Assembly: GCA_902497075.1 (NCBI GenBank)
Contig: CABVDG010000003.1
Coordinates: 10,674-74,673, forward strand
Source of the DNA: an uncultured Collinsella sp.
GTDB lineage: Bacteria; Actinomycetota; Coriobacteriia; Coriobacteriales; Coriobacteriaceae
Length of the DNA: 64,000 nucleotides
Reading direction: 5' to 3'
In this document: in pieces, positions 16,923-26,513 of the stretch
How positions within the stretch are numbered: the first letter of the stretch is position 1
Layout of the letters: the number at the start of each line of letters is the position of its first letter
Notes under the pieces: generated by a model
Seen by the model: only the letters and a program-made list of their open reading frames with translations
The model's database searches: none
Told to the model about the DNA's origin: nothing
Program-made: the position numbers and the translations under genes

Positions 16923-19349
16923 TTACGCGTGCCAGATCTCGTCGCGGTACTCGCGAATGGTGCGGTCGCTCGAGAACCAGCCACTCGAGGCGGTGTTGAG
17001 CAGGGCCTTGCGGTTCCAGGTCTCCTGGTCGCCGTAGCTGCCCGTGAGGTTCTCCCATGCATCCACGTAGCTACGGAAGTCAGCCATGACTAGGTCGGGG
17101 TCGTTGTTGTTCATGAGCTCGTTGTAGATGCTCTCGAAGTTGCCCGAAAGACCCGCAAACGTGTTGTCCTTGAGCTCGTCCATCACGCGGCCCAGACGCT
17201 CGCGGTCGCCGTTGAGGGTATCCCACGCAAAGTAGCTGTTGGATGCCCAGAGCTTCTCGACCTCGGGGGCGGTCAGGCCAAAGATGGCCTCGTTTTCGCG
17301 GCCGGCCAGGTCGGCGATCTCGATGTTTGCGCCGTCGAGGGTACCCAGCGTAATGGCGCCGTTCATCATGAGCTTCATGTTGGACGTGCCCGAGGCCTCC
17401 TTACCGGCCGTGGAGATCTGCTCCGAGATCTCGGCGGCGGGGTAGATGAGCTGGGCGTTGCTCACGCGGAAGTTGGGGATAAAGCAGACCTTCATGACCT
17501 CGTTGACGCGCGGGTCGTTGTTGATGACGTCAGCCACGGAGTTAATGAGGCGGATGGTCTCCTTGGCGAAGGTGTAGCTCGAGGCGGCCTTGCCGCTAAA
17601 GATGAAGGTCGTCGGCGTCACGTGGAAGTTGGGATCAGCGATGCGACGGTTGTAAATGTCCATCACCTTCATGATGTTCATGAGCTGGCGCTTGTAGGCA
17701 TGGAAGCGCTTTACCTGGACATCGAAGACGGTGTTGGGGTCAATAACCAGACCGGTCTCGGCCTTGACGTAGGCGGCCAGACGCTCCTTGTTGGCGCGCT
17801 TGGAGGCACCAACGGCCTTCAGGAACTCGGTGTCGTTCTGGAACTCTTTGAGCTTCTCCAGCTCAAAGGCGTCCTTGAGCCAGCCATCGCCAATGGCCTC
17901 GGTCACGAGCTTGGCGTAGGTGGGGTTGGCCTCGGCAAAGAAGCGACGGTGCGAGATGCCGTTGGTCTTGTTGTTGAACTTCTCGGGCGTTAAGGCATAG
18001 AAGTCCTTGAGCACGATGTTCTTGATGATGTCGGAGTGGATCTTTGCCACGCCGTTGACGCTATGGCTGCAGATCACGGACAGGTTGGCCATGCGAATCT
18101 CGCCGTCCCACAGAATGGCGGTCTGGCGCAGACGCTCCTGCCAGCCCTCCTTCGTGGTGTCGAACGACTCGTGCCAACGACGGCTGATCTCGTCGATGAT
18201 CTGGTACACGCGGGGGAGGAGCTTGGAGAACGTGCCGATGGGCCACTTCTCCAGAGCCTCGGGCAGGATGGTGTGGTTGGTGTAGCTCACGACCTGCGTC
18301 ACGATGTTCCAGGCGTCGTCCCACTCGAGCTTCTTCTCGTCGATGAGGATACGCATGAGCTCGGGGCCGCACATGGCGGGGTGGGTATCGTTGGTGTGGA
18401 TGGCTACAAACTGCGGCAGCAGCTCCCAGTTCGCGCCGTGCTCCTTCTCAAAGGTGTCGAGCAGGCTGTAGATACCGGCCGAAACAAACAGGTACTCCTG
18501 CTTCAGGCGCAGCAGACGGCCGTGCTCGCCGGCGTCGTTGGGGTAGAGGATGGCGCTGATGGCCTCGGCCTCAGCGCGCTCGGCATCGGCCTGGGCATAG
18601 TCGCCGCGGTTGAAGGCCTCCAGATCAAAGTGCTCCTCGACCGGCTCGGCGGCCCAGACGCGCAGCTTGTTGACGGTTTCGCCGGCATAGCCCACGACGG
18701 GGATGTCATAAGGGACGGCCAGGATGTCCTGCGTGTCTACCGTGCGGTAGAACGTGCGGCCGTTCTCCTCAAAGCCCTCGACGCGGCCGCCAAACTTAAT
18801 GGTCACGGCCTTGTCCTGACGACGGACTTCCCAAGGATAGCCGTGGGTGAGCCACTCGTCGGTGGCCTCGACCTGGCTGCCGTTGACGATCTCCTGCTTA
18901 AACAGGCCGTAGCGGTAGCGCATGCCGTTGCCGTAGCCGGCAATGCCCTCTGCTGCCATGGAATCCAAGAAGCACGCGGCCAGACGACCCAGGCCACCGT
19001 TGCCCAGGGCCGGATCGGGCTCCTGGTTCTCGATGACGGACAGGTCAAAGCCCATGTCGTCGAGCGCCTCGGCGACCATGTCGCGCACGCCAAAGTTGAG
19101 CAGGTAGTTGTCGAGCAGTCGGCCGATCAAAAACTCGATCGAGAAGTAGTACACGCGCTTCTTGCCCTCGGCGGTCACACGGGCGTCACTCTTGGTGGCA
19201 ACGGTGCGGGCCTTCTCGGCCACGAGCTTGGCCAGGGCGTTAAAGCGGTCGAGGTCGCTGGCGGCCTCGACGCTCTTGCCGCTGATGCTCATGACGGCAT
19301 CGCGATAGAGCTCGGTAAACTCCTGCTTGTTGTCGAAGATCTTATTCAT
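16923..19349 (-). CDS. glgP: glycogen/maltodextrin phosphorylase
   Basis: PLP-site motif EASGTSNMK. An 808-aa GT35 protein. Confidence 0.9.
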   Translation of the reverse strand: MNKIFDNKQEFTELYRDAVMSISGKSVEAASDLDRFNALAKLVAEKARTVATKSDARVTAEGKKRVYYFSIEFLIGRLLDNYLLNFGVRDMVAEALDDMGFDLSVIENQEPDPALGNGGLGRLAACFLDSMAAEGIAGYGNGMRYRYGLFKQEIVNGSQVEATDEWLTHGYPWEVRRQDKAVTIKFGGRVEGFEENGRTFYRTVDTQDILAVPYDIPVVGYAGETVNKLRVWAAEPVEEHFDLEAFNRGDYAQADAERAEAEAISAILYPNDAGEHGRLLRLKQEYLFVSAGIYSLLDTFEKEHGANWELLPQFVAIHTNDTHPAMCGPELMRILIDEKKLEWDDAWNIVTQVVSYTNHTILPEALEKWPIGTFSKLLPRVYQIIDEISRRWHESFDTTKEGWQERLRQTAILWDGEIRMANLSVICSHSVNGVAKIHSDIIKNIVLKDFYALTPEKFNNKTNGISHRRFFAEANPTYAKLVTEAIGDGWLKDAFELEKLKEFQNDTEFLKAVGASKRANKERLAAYVKAETGLVIDPNTVFDVQVKRFHAYKRQLMNIMKVMDIYNRRIADPNFHVTPTTFIFSGKAASSYTFAKETIRLINSVADVINNDPRVNEVMKVCFIPNFRVSNAQLIYPAAEISEQISTAGKEASGTSNMKLMMNGAITLGTLDGANIEIADLAGRENEAIFGLTAPEVEKLWASNSYFAWDTLNGDRERLGRVMDELKDNTFAGLSGNFESIYNELMNNNDPDLVMADFRSYVDAWENLTGSYGDQETWNRKALLNTASSGWFSSDRTIREYRDEIWHA

Positions 19350-19443
19350 ACGTTCCTTTCCCCCGGGGATGTTTCTCCCGGAACGGTTATGACTTGTATC
19401 CTACGCCTCGTCGGGGCGGGTAATTACAGCTGTAACGGTTTTG

Positions 19444-21717
19444 TTACGCATCCTTGGCAGACGGCTTAACAGAAGCAGACTTGGTCTTGGTAGCGGCCTT
19501 TTTGGCAGCCGGTTTCTTGGCCGTAGTGGCCTTGGCGGCGGGCTTCGCGGCAGCCTTCGCCTTGGTCGTCGTAGTCTTCGCCTTAGCCGGTGCATTCTTG
19601 ACCGCAGCAGTCTTGGGCTTCACCGAGGACGTGCGCTTACGCGTAGCCTTCTTCGGCTCCTCGACCACGGGCGGCTTATAGCTGCTGGGACCGCGGCGCT
19701 TAAGCACCACACCTGCCAGACCGGGTACCTTAATCTCGATGGAGTCCATCTGCCCGTTCCAGGGATAGGGCTCGCTCGAGCAGGCGTAGGGCTCCTTGCC
19801 GGCATAGCCGCTGCCGCCAAACTCAGGACGGTCGGAATCAAAGATGACCTCCCAGTCGCCCTCGCGCGGCACGCCCACGCGGAAGCTCTCGTAGCTCGCC
19901 GGGTCAAAGTTGATCAGGATCACCAGGTCGTCGTCGATGTCCTCGCCCTGGCGCACAAAGCTCACGATGGACTGCTTGGAGTTGTCCGCATCGATCCAGG
20001 TAAAGCCGTCGTCGGTGTAGCCGCGCTCGTACAGGGCGGGCTCGGCGGTGTACAGGTGGTTGAGCGCCTTGATAAACGCCTGATGATGACGGTGGGTCTC
20101 GTACTCCTCGGTTAGGAACCACTGGATGGACTCGTAGTAGCGCCACTCAATAAACTGGCCAATCTCGTTGCCCATAAAGTTGAGCTTGGCGCCGGGGTGC
20201 GTCATCTGGTAAAAGGCGAGCGTGCGCAGGCCGGCAAACTGGCGCCACCAGTCGCCCGGCATGCGGCCGATCAGCGAGCACTTGCCGTGAACGACCTCGT
20301 CGTGGCTCAGCGGACAAATAAAGTTCTCGGTAAAGGCGTACATGATGGAGAACGTGAGCAGCCCGTGGTTGCCGGGGCGCCACGGAAAATCGGTCTGCAT
20401 GTAGTGCAGGGTATCGTTCATCCAGCCCATGTCCCACTTGTAGTGGAAGCCCAGACCGCCGTCCTGCGGCGGGTAGGTCACGAGCGGCCACGCGGTGGAC
20501 TCCTCGGCCATCATCATCACGTCGGGGAAGTGGACCTCCACGGCGCAGTTGACCTGGCGGATAAACGCGCTGGCGTCCAGGTCCTCCTCGGTTCCGTACT
20601 TGTTGAACTTCTTTTGGCCCGGATCGTCGATGCCAAAGTTGAGGTACAGCATGCTGGACACGCCATCCATGCGGATGCCGTCAACGTGGAAGTTCTCGAG
20701 CCAGTACAGCACGTTGGAGACCAGGAAGGAGCGGACCTCGCCGCGGGCGAAGTCAAACTTGTGCGTGCCCCAGTTGGGGTGAATCTCGTGCTCAAACAGC
20801 ATGTGGCCGTTAAAGGTGGCAAGGCCGTGGGAGTCGGCGCAAAAACCGCCGGGCACCCAGTCCATGATCACGCCGATGCCTGCCTCGTGGCATGCATCGA
20901 TAAAGTGCATGAGCTGCTGTGGGTTGCCGTAGCGCGACGTGGCGGCATAGTAGCCGGTCGTCTGGTAGCCCCAGGAGCCATCGAAGGGATGCTCCATGAG
21001 CGGCATGACCTCGATATGCGTATAGCCCATGTCGCGCACGTAGTCCACGAGCTCCACCGACAGTTCGTCGTAGGTGTAAAACTCGCCGCGCTGCGCGGGG
21101 AAGGGGTCCATGGGACCGGGGTAGTTGCCGTACTCGTCCGGCTCGCCCTGCGGCGCATCGCCGTGGCGCTTCCACGAGCCAATATGCACCTCGTAGATGT
21201 TAAGGGGCTGTGACATGTGGTTGTGGCCGGCACGGCGCTTGAGCCATGCGGCATCGTTCCACTTGTAGCCATCGAGGGTCCACAGCACGCTGGCGGTACC
21301 CGGAGGGCACTCGGCCTTAAAGGCATACGGATCGGCCTTATAGAGCTTTTCGCCCTCGTTGGTCTCGATGAGATACTTATAGAGCTGACCTTGTTCTGCG
21401 CCAGGAATAAAGCCTTCCCAAATAGCGCTCGTATGCACGGGCACCAGCGGGTTGGCTTGCTCATCCCAGTCGTTAAATTCACCAATGACATGCACGCTCT
21501 TTACATCGGGCGCCCAAACGCAAAAGCGCCAGCCGCGCGTACGGTTCTGCGTGTCGGGGCGCGCGCCCATCTTTTCCCAGCTGCGCTCCCACGTGCCGAT
21601 GCCAAATAGATAGACATCGTCCTTGGTGAGCTCCGGTGCGTGCGGGGCGACTTTACGGGTTGCGGGCTTTTTAGCCGTTGGCTTTAGCTTTGTATCGCTC
21701 ACGTTTGATCCCATCAT
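19444..21717 (-). CDS. glgB: 1,4-alpha-glucan branching enzyme with Lys/Ala/Thr-rich C-terminal tail (start uncertain: ATG 21717/21714 or TTG 21762)
   Basis: GH13 branching-enzyme motifs (DWVPGGF, GIRMDGVSSMLY, MMAEESTAWP). The last ~85 aa are KKATRKRTSSVKPKTAAVKNAPAKAKTTTTKAKAAAKPAAK... Confidence 0.9.
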   Translation of the reverse strand: MMGSNVSDTKLKPTAKKPATRKVAPHAPELTKDDVYLFGIGTWERSWEKMGARPDTQNRTRGWRFCVWAPDVKSVHVIGEFNDWDEQANPLVPVHTSAIWEGFIPGAEQGQLYKYLIETNEGEKLYKADPYAFKAECPPGTASVLWTLDGYKWNDAAWLKRRAGHNHMSQPLNIYEVHIGSWKRHGDAPQGEPDEYGNYPGPMDPFPAQRGEFYTYDELSVELVDYVRDMGYTHIEVMPLMEHPFDGSWGYQTTGYYAATSRYGNPQQLMHFIDACHEAGIGVIMDWVPGGFCADSHGLATFNGHMLFEHEIHPNWGTHKFDFARGEVRSFLVSNVLYWLENFHVDGIRMDGVSSMLYLNFGIDDPGQKKFNKYGTEEDLDASAFIRQVNCAVEVHFPDVMMMAEESTAWPLVTYPPQDGGLGFHYKWDMGWMNDTLHYMQTDFPWRPGNHGLLTFSIMYAFTENFICPLSHDEVVHGKCSLIGRMPGDWWRQFAGLRTLAFYQMTHPGAKLNFMGNEIGQFIEWRYYESIQWFLTEEYETHRHHQAFIKALNHLYTAEPALYERGYTDDGFTWIDADNSKQSIVSFVRQGEDIDDDLVILINFDPASYESFRVGVPREGDWEVIFDSDRPEFGGSGYAGKEPYACSSEPYPWNGQMDSIEIKVPGLAGVVLKRRGPSSYKPPVVEEPKKATRKRTSSVKPKTAAVKNAPAKAKTTTTKAKAAAKPAAKATTAKKPAAKKAATKTKSASVKPSAKDA

Positions 21718-21938
21718 GACGCGGCAGCATGTTGCCTTGGTGACTAGATGCGAAAGGTCCAAGGCTGCACGAATCGAAGGGACGGCGATAGTTCTATGAT
21801 TCGTTCCACCTCGCGTGCTCGGTGGAACTTTCGGCAGAAACTACGATAACACCTGTACGTTACTTTTATGAAGGAAAGCGGTTTTTGGGCGGCGTTTAAT
21901 CGGTAAGCGCCATGTTTAGACCACTGGCAGAATTGCGA

Positions 21939-22026
21939 TGGTAAAACTCTTGACAGTTTTACCAATAAGGGTTTTTTGATTGTTGGTTTGACGTTTGGTA
22001 AAACGTTTTTAGCAGGTTGTTTACCA
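21939..22026. promoter_or_regulatory. cluster of GGTAAAAC / GTTTTACC sites in the divergent glgB/HAD intergenic region (candidate operator overlapping a TTGACA -35)
   Basis: TGGTAAAACT-cttgac-AGTTTTACCA is a perfect 10-bp inverted repeat (21939-21964) flanking TTGACA (21950-21955). GGTAAAACGTTTT (21997-22009) contains the palindrome AAAACGTTTT. GTTTACCA lies at 22019-22026. Confidence 0.5.
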
Positions 22027-22048
22027 TTTGACATCGAAAGGTACATTT

Positions 22049-22738
22049 ATGTCCCAGACCGCCGCTCCCAATGTCGCTTTTATTTTCGATTGCGACGGCA
22101 CACTGGTTAATAGCACCCCCGTTTGGGCCTATGCCCAGCCCGAGTTATTGCACCGCCACGGAGTTGACGTGACGGTCGACGATTTTGCCCAGTTTGAGCA
22201 TCTCTCGCTGGAGGACGAATGCCAGGCCTACCACGACACGTGGGGCATTGGCGAGAATGGCGAGGAGCTGTATCGCGAGCTGAGCGACATCCTGATTGAT
22301 GGGTACTCCAAGGTGCCGCCGCGCGAGGGGCTTCTGGCATTTTTGGAGCAGGCGAAGGCGGCGGGCATTGCCATGTGCGTTGCCACGTCCACGCCGGCCG
22401 AGCTGGTTAAGTCTGCGCTTGCGGGCGCCGGGCTCGACGCGTACATGGAGTTTGTTACCACGACGGGCGAGGCAGGACGCTCCAAACAGTTCCCCGACGT
22501 ATACGAGCTGGCGCTGCGCCGCCTGGAGGAGCGCCACGGGCACAAGTTTGAGCGCGCGTGGGTGTTTGAGGACGCCGTCTTTGGCCTAAAGAGCTCTGGG
22601 GTCGCCGGCTTTAAGTGTGTAGGCATTTATGATCCGCACGGCCGCATGAAGCGCGACGATGTGCACGACAACTGCGATATCTTTATCGACAGCTACGAGG
22701 ACCTGGATCTGGCCCGCGTGCTTTCGTTTGAGGGATAG
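22049..22738 (+). CDS. HAD-superfamily hydrolase (beta-phosphoglucomutase/phosphatase-like)
   Basis: DxDGT motif in VAFIFDCDGTLVNS. SD GAAAGG precedes the ATG at 22049. Confidence 0.75.
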   Translation: MSQTAAPNVAFIFDCDGTLVNSTPVWAYAQPELLHRHGVDVTVDDFAQFEHLSLEDECQAYHDTWGIGENGEELYRELSDILIDGYSKVPPREGLLAFLEQAKAAGIAMCVATSTPAELVKSALAGAGLDAYMEFVTTTGEAGRSKQFPDVYELALRRLEERHGHKFERAWVFEDAVFGLKSSGVAGFKCVGIYDPHGRMKRDDVHDNCDIFIDSYEDLDLARVLSFEG

Positions 22739-22747
22739 GCGAGGGCT

Positions 22748-23416
22748 GTGGCTTGTAAGGTATTGGTGGTCTGCGGCTCGCCTCTGGTGGCGAGCGCGGA
22801 TCTATTGCGTAGGCTAGCGGGGGAGTGCGATCACGTTGTCGCCGTGGACCGCGGGCTCGATGCGCTGTTGGGCGCCGGCCTGGGCTGCGACGTATATGTA
22901 GGGGATGCCGACACGGTGAGCGATGCAGGTCGCGCGCTGGTCGATGCCGCAGAAGCCTTTGAGGTGGAGCGTCACGACCCCTACAAGGACTACACCGATC
23001 TAGCACTGGCCCTCGATTCCGTCCGCCGTCGCTGGCCGGGTGCCGAAGTGGTCGCGACCTGCACCACCGGCGGCCGTCCGGATATGGCACTTTCCGTACT
23101 GGGGCTTCTCGCGGGCTACGAGGATGCCCCAATCTGGATTGTTGAGGACAAGGTGGTCGCCCGCATTTTGCACACAGGTGAGTCGTGGACCATCGAAGAC
23201 GCCGAAGGCAAGACGTTCTCCATCATCGCCATAGCCCCCAACACCGATGTAAGCGAACAAGGCCTAGAGTGGGAGCTAGATCACAGCCCCCTAGGCCTGT
23301 TGGCCGACACCGGCATTAGCAATGTGGTCCGATCTACCGCAGTGATTGAGGTCCACACCGGCACTGCAATAGCGTATTTGCTGCATCAGGGTTCTATCAG
23401 GACGGTGGGCGAGTAG
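22748..23416 (+). CDS. thiamine pyrophosphokinase
   Basis: Motifs VVAVDRG....GDADTVS and a size of ~220 aa, typical of the TPK family. Confidence 0.65.
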   Translation: MACKVLVVCGSPLVASADLLRRLAGECDHVVAVDRGLDALLGAGLGCDVYVGDADTVSDAGRALVDAAEAFEVERHDPYKDYTDLALALDSVRRRWPGAEVVATCTTGGRPDMALSVLGLLAGYEDAPIWIVEDKVVARILHTGESWTIEDAEGKTFSIIAIAPNTDVSEQGLEWELDHSPLGLLADTGISNVVRSTAVIEVHTGTAIAYLLHQGSIRTVGE

Positions 23417-23455
23417 GAAAACCCGTAAGTGCGAGAAGCAATTGCAAAAAACTTC

Positions 23456-23484
23456 TTGCACAACCAAGAATCTTCCCCTATAGT
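23456..23484 (+). promoter_or_regulatory. sigma-70-type promoter of tRNA-Ala copy 1
   Basis: TTGCAC (23456-23461), a 17-nt spacer, then TATAGT (23479-23484), 14 nt before the tRNA. Confidence 0.6.
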
Positions 23485-23497
23485 ATCTCCTCGTCAC

Positions 23498-23573
23498 GGG
23501 GGCGTAGCTCAGCTGGGAGAGCGCTTGACTGGCAGTCAAGAGGTCAGGGGTTCGATCCCCCTCGTCTCCACCA
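23498..23573 (+). tRNA. tRNA-Ala (anticodon GGC), CCA encoded
   Basis: Manual cloverleaf: acceptor GGGGGCG/CGTCTCC with the G3:U70 identity pair, anticodon loop CTGGCAG, T-loop GGTTCGATCC. Confidence 0.9.
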
Positions 23574-23583
23574 TCGTGAATGC

Positions 23584-23614
23584 AAAGGCCTTCGGAATTC
23601 CGAAGGCCTTTTTT
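23584..23614 (+). terminator. intrinsic terminator after tRNA-Ala
   Basis: AAAGGCCTTCGGAA/TTCCGAAGGCCTTT hairpin followed by a T-run. Confidence 0.8.
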
Positions 23615-24349
23615 CATGCCAAAATACCTCGCTCCACAAACCCCACCCACACCAACAAAAAGTTGCACAATTTATTTCCCATGTCTGTACATAGTTTGTT
23701 AGACAAACGTGATTATCAGTGCAGCTCGCCGTTCCATTTGCGCTTCAGGATCGCCCTTAATCACCGCTCGCACCCCAATATCCTGCGCCAACGTGAACAA
23801 CATCCAAAAACAACCCCCTTAAGCACGCCAAATGAACGATTTGTTGTCCAACGCAGCTCAAATCAGTTTCACTAACAGCTTGTGCTAGGATACCTAACGT
23901 TACATGAGTTCAACTGTGCTCACGGCTTCAGTAAGCCACAAAGCGCAGGGTCGATCAGCATCCGGCCGTAACGGCGGTGTTAGAAAAACCACGAGCTCCA
24001 ATATCGATTGCTATGCACGTTTTACACTTGCTTTTGCGGCTATTTATAAGTTCGCATTAGAAGGTGCAATAAGTTGTTACGGCAAACCACAGCAGTCCTT
24101 CAGCTGGTTGCGTGCGGTCCAGTTTTGTACCCGCTTGACTGGTTCGCACGCAGCCAGCTGGAGACGCGGTCATTTTGCGATACACGTCCGCGTTTCTAGC
24201 AACTGCGCTTATACATACCGTTCACGGTGGGGCAGAGCCACGTGCTTGTCTGACTGGGCTCAGGGTTTGAATATGGATCGCCTTCGCGCACAAGCGCCCT
24301 GGCGAAGCCATATCCAAATCACGTGAGCCATACGTAAGACAGCAAGGGG
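23615..24349 (+). promoter_or_regulatory. ~735-nt non-coding leader of the polysaccharide locus
   Basis: No convincing ORF (the 140-aa ORF 23904-24326 lacks an SD). There is a possible promoter, TTGCAC at 23663-23668 with TACATA at 23688-23693. Several hairpins are present, and the region directly precedes a NusG-paralog gene. Confidence 0.4.
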
Positions 24350-24904
24350 GTGGAGCTCGTGTGGTATGTAATTCAGGTCATTAACGGTCGCGAAGACGTA
24401 ATGCGCGAGCGCATTGAGCGCATGGTGCCGGCTGTCGCCATGCAGGAGCTCTTTTATCCCCAATTTCAAACCGAGATTAAAGTTCACGGCGAATGGGTCA
24501 ATACGACCAAGCCGCTCTTTCCCGGTTATCTTATCTGCGATACAGCAGATCCCCGCACCGTGCAACAGTATCTGCTGCGCATGGATGACTTTGCCCGGGT
24601 GCTTTCCCAGGACGGTCAGTTTGTGCCGCTGGCAAAAGAAGAGGTTCAGCTTATTGGCGGCTTTACGCATAGGGGAGACCGCGTAGTGCCCATGAGCGAG
24701 GCCTTAAAAGACGGCGACCAGGTCGTAGTGACGGCAGGTCCGCTGTTGGGCCACGAAGGCCTTATCAAAACCATTAACAGACGCAAGAGCACCGCCTTTT
24801 TGGAGCTTAACTTGTGCGGCCGACGCGTAACCACCCGTGTTGGCCTTGCTGTGCTTTCAGCCGAGCAACGTGCAATGCGCAACCTTAAAAAGGCGATCGT
24901 CTAA
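24350..24904 (+). CDS. NusG-paralog transcription antiterminator (LoaP/UpxY-like); alternative GTG start at 24359
   Basis: NGN domain (WYVIQV.NGRE) and KOW motif GDQVVVTAGPLLGHEGLIKTI. First gene of the glycan locus. Confidence 0.75.
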   Translation: MELVWYVIQVINGREDVMRERIERMVPAVAMQELFYPQFQTEIKVHGEWVNTTKPLFPGYLICDTADPRTVQQYLLRMDDFARVLSQDGQFVPLAKEEVQLIGGFTHRGDRVVPMSEALKDGDQVVVTAGPLLGHEGLIKTINRRKSTAFLELNLCGRRVTTRVGLAVLSAEQRAMRNLKKAIV

Positions 24905-24955
24905 CTACAGGCAATCGCTGTATAGATCTAGGAGGATCCCCGATCTGGGGAAGAA

Positions 24956-25720
24956 GTGTTGGAAGAGAGCGTGTCGGATAAAACTCAATATGCAACGGAT
25001 GCGCCTGCGGGTGCGGCGCTCATCGCTCAGGCCATGGGCCGGCGCGAGGGCGCCGGCCGCTACAAGGCCATGCAGTCCATCATGGACTGGGATCGTTCGC
25101 GCCTGATCTACCGCGCCGTTAAGCGCGCCTTCGACATCGTGTTCAGCGGTTGCGTGCTGGCCGTCATCGCCGTACCCAGCCTTGTGCTCGCCGCAGCTAT
25201 TCGTCTGGAGAGCGAGGGCAACCCCTTCTACAGTCAGATCCGCGTTGGTCAGACCCGCCCCGACGGCAGCCTGTCCACTTTCCGCATGTGGAAGTTCCGA
25301 AGCATGTACAAGGACGCCGACGAGCGCCTGGTGGAGCTCAAGGAACAGAACGAGATCGCCGGCGCCATGTTCAAGATGAAGGAGGACCCGCGCGTCACCA
25401 GGATCGGCCGGTTCATCCGCAAGCACTCCATCGACGAGTTCCCGCAGTTCCTCAACGTGTTCTTGGGCCAGATGTCTGTCGTGGGCCCGCGCCCGCCGCT
25501 GCCCAACGAGGTTGCGGAGTACACCGAGTACGACCTGCAGCGTCTGGCAGTAAAACCAGGCATTACCGGCTGGTGGCAGGTCACTGAGCGCAACTCGACG
25601 GGATTCGACGGAATGGTCCGTCGTGACCTTGAATATATCGCCAAACGAGGCGCTTTCTTCGATTTGAAAATAATCCTACTCACAGTGATTGAGGTTGTCA
25701 GCGGAAATGGCGCTTGCTAA
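24956..25720 (+). CDS. undecaprenyl-phosphate sugar-phosphate transferase (small bacterial sugar transferase, initiating enzyme)
   Basis: Motifs KRAFDIVFS, FRMWKFRSM, DPRVTRIGRFIRKHSIDEFPQFLNV and VGPRPP. Confidence 0.85.
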   Translation: MLEESVSDKTQYATDAPAGAALIAQAMGRREGAGRYKAMQSIMDWDRSRLIYRAVKRAFDIVFSGCVLAVIAVPSLVLAAAIRLESEGNPFYSQIRVGQTRPDGSLSTFRMWKFRSMYKDADERLVELKEQNEIAGAMFKMKEDPRVTRIGRFIRKHSIDEFPQFLNVFLGQMSVVGPRPPLPNEVAEYTEYDLQRLAVKPGITGWWQVTERNSTGFDGMVRRDLEYIAKRGAFFDLKIILLTVIEVVSGNGAC

Positions 25721-26513
25721 AGAGACAAGAGTGAAACACGAAGACGCCAGTTCAAGGGCTGTTCTTCCCGGGCGAATTGAAATCTTGGGCGCACCCGTCG
25801 ACCCATGGACGATGGAGCAGACCGTCGAGGCGACCGACGCCCTCATCAAGGAGGGGCGCTTCGCCCACCTAATCGGCGTGAACGCCGACAAGCTGCTGCA
25901 GATGCGCGACGATCCAGAGATGGACGCATGCGTGCGCCGATGCGAAATCGTGAATGCCGATGGCGCGTCCATGGTCATGGCCGCCAGGAAGCTGGGCGTG
26001 GACCTGCCCGGGCGCGTGGCCGGAATCGACCTCATGTGGGAGTTGTGCGGACTGGCTGAGCGCGAGGGGCACAGGGTCTACCTGCTGGGCGCCAAGGCCG
26101 AGGTGGTCGCAAAAACCGCAGGGATACTGTCCGAGAGGTATCCCAACATTGTCCTCGCTGGCTACCGTGACGGCTACTTCGGCGACGACGAGTTCGACGC
26201 CGTGATAGCCGAGGTTGAGCAGACTAAACCCGACATCGTTTTCGTAGGCATTACCTCGCCCAAGAAGGAGCGCCTGATCGAGCGTTTCCGCGAGCTGGGC
26301 GCAATGGGCGCATTCGTGGGCGTGGGCGGCTCGTTCGACGTTGTCTCCGGCAACATCCCGCGAGCCCCGATGTGGATGCAGCGCGCGAACCTGGAGTGGC
26401 TCTTCCGCATGATGCAGGAGCCTAAGCGCCTGGTGAAGCGCTATCTAGTCGGTAACACCCGTTTCTACATGCTTCTCCGCAAGGAGTCAAAGAGGAGCAA
26501 GGCCAATGTCTAA
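25707..26513 (+). CDS. WecG/TagA/CpsF-family glycosyltransferase (ManNAc transferase-like)
   Basis: Motifs ILGAPVDPWTMEQTV, VGITSPKKERLI and GVGGSFDVVSGNIPRAPMWMQRANLEWLFRMMQEPKR. Confidence 0.8.
   Translation: MALAKETRVKHEDASSRAVLPGRIEILGAPVDPWTMEQTVEATDALIKEGRFAHLIGVNADKLLQMRDDPEMDACVRRCEIVNADGASMVMAARKLGVDLPGRVAGIDLMWELCGLAEREGHRVYLLGAKAEVVAKTAGILSERYPNIVLAGYRDGYFGDDEFDAVIAEVEQTKPDIVFVGITSPKKERLIERFRELGAMGAFVGVGGSFDVVSGNIPRAPMWMQRANLEWLFRMMQEPKRLVKRYLVGNTRFYMLLRKESKRSKANV

Noticed and set aside
23291-23875. ORFs 23291-23668(-) and 23429-23875(+).
   Set aside because: They run straight through tRNA-Ala, its promoter and its terminator. There is no coding signal.
23973-23983. GGCGGTGTTAG, resembling the ops/JUMPStart element (GGCGGTAG...).
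   Set aside because: Only the first six bases match. ops is an RfaH (proteobacterial) signal and is not expected to apply to a LoaP-like factor. Kept only as a remark inside the leader finding.
23904-24326. 140-aa ORF inside the polysaccharide-locus leader.
   Set aside because: No SD, an odd composition (Cys/Ser/Arg-rich) and no recognisable motif. Treated as part of a non-coding leader, though a small regulatory peptide cannot be excluded without conservation data.
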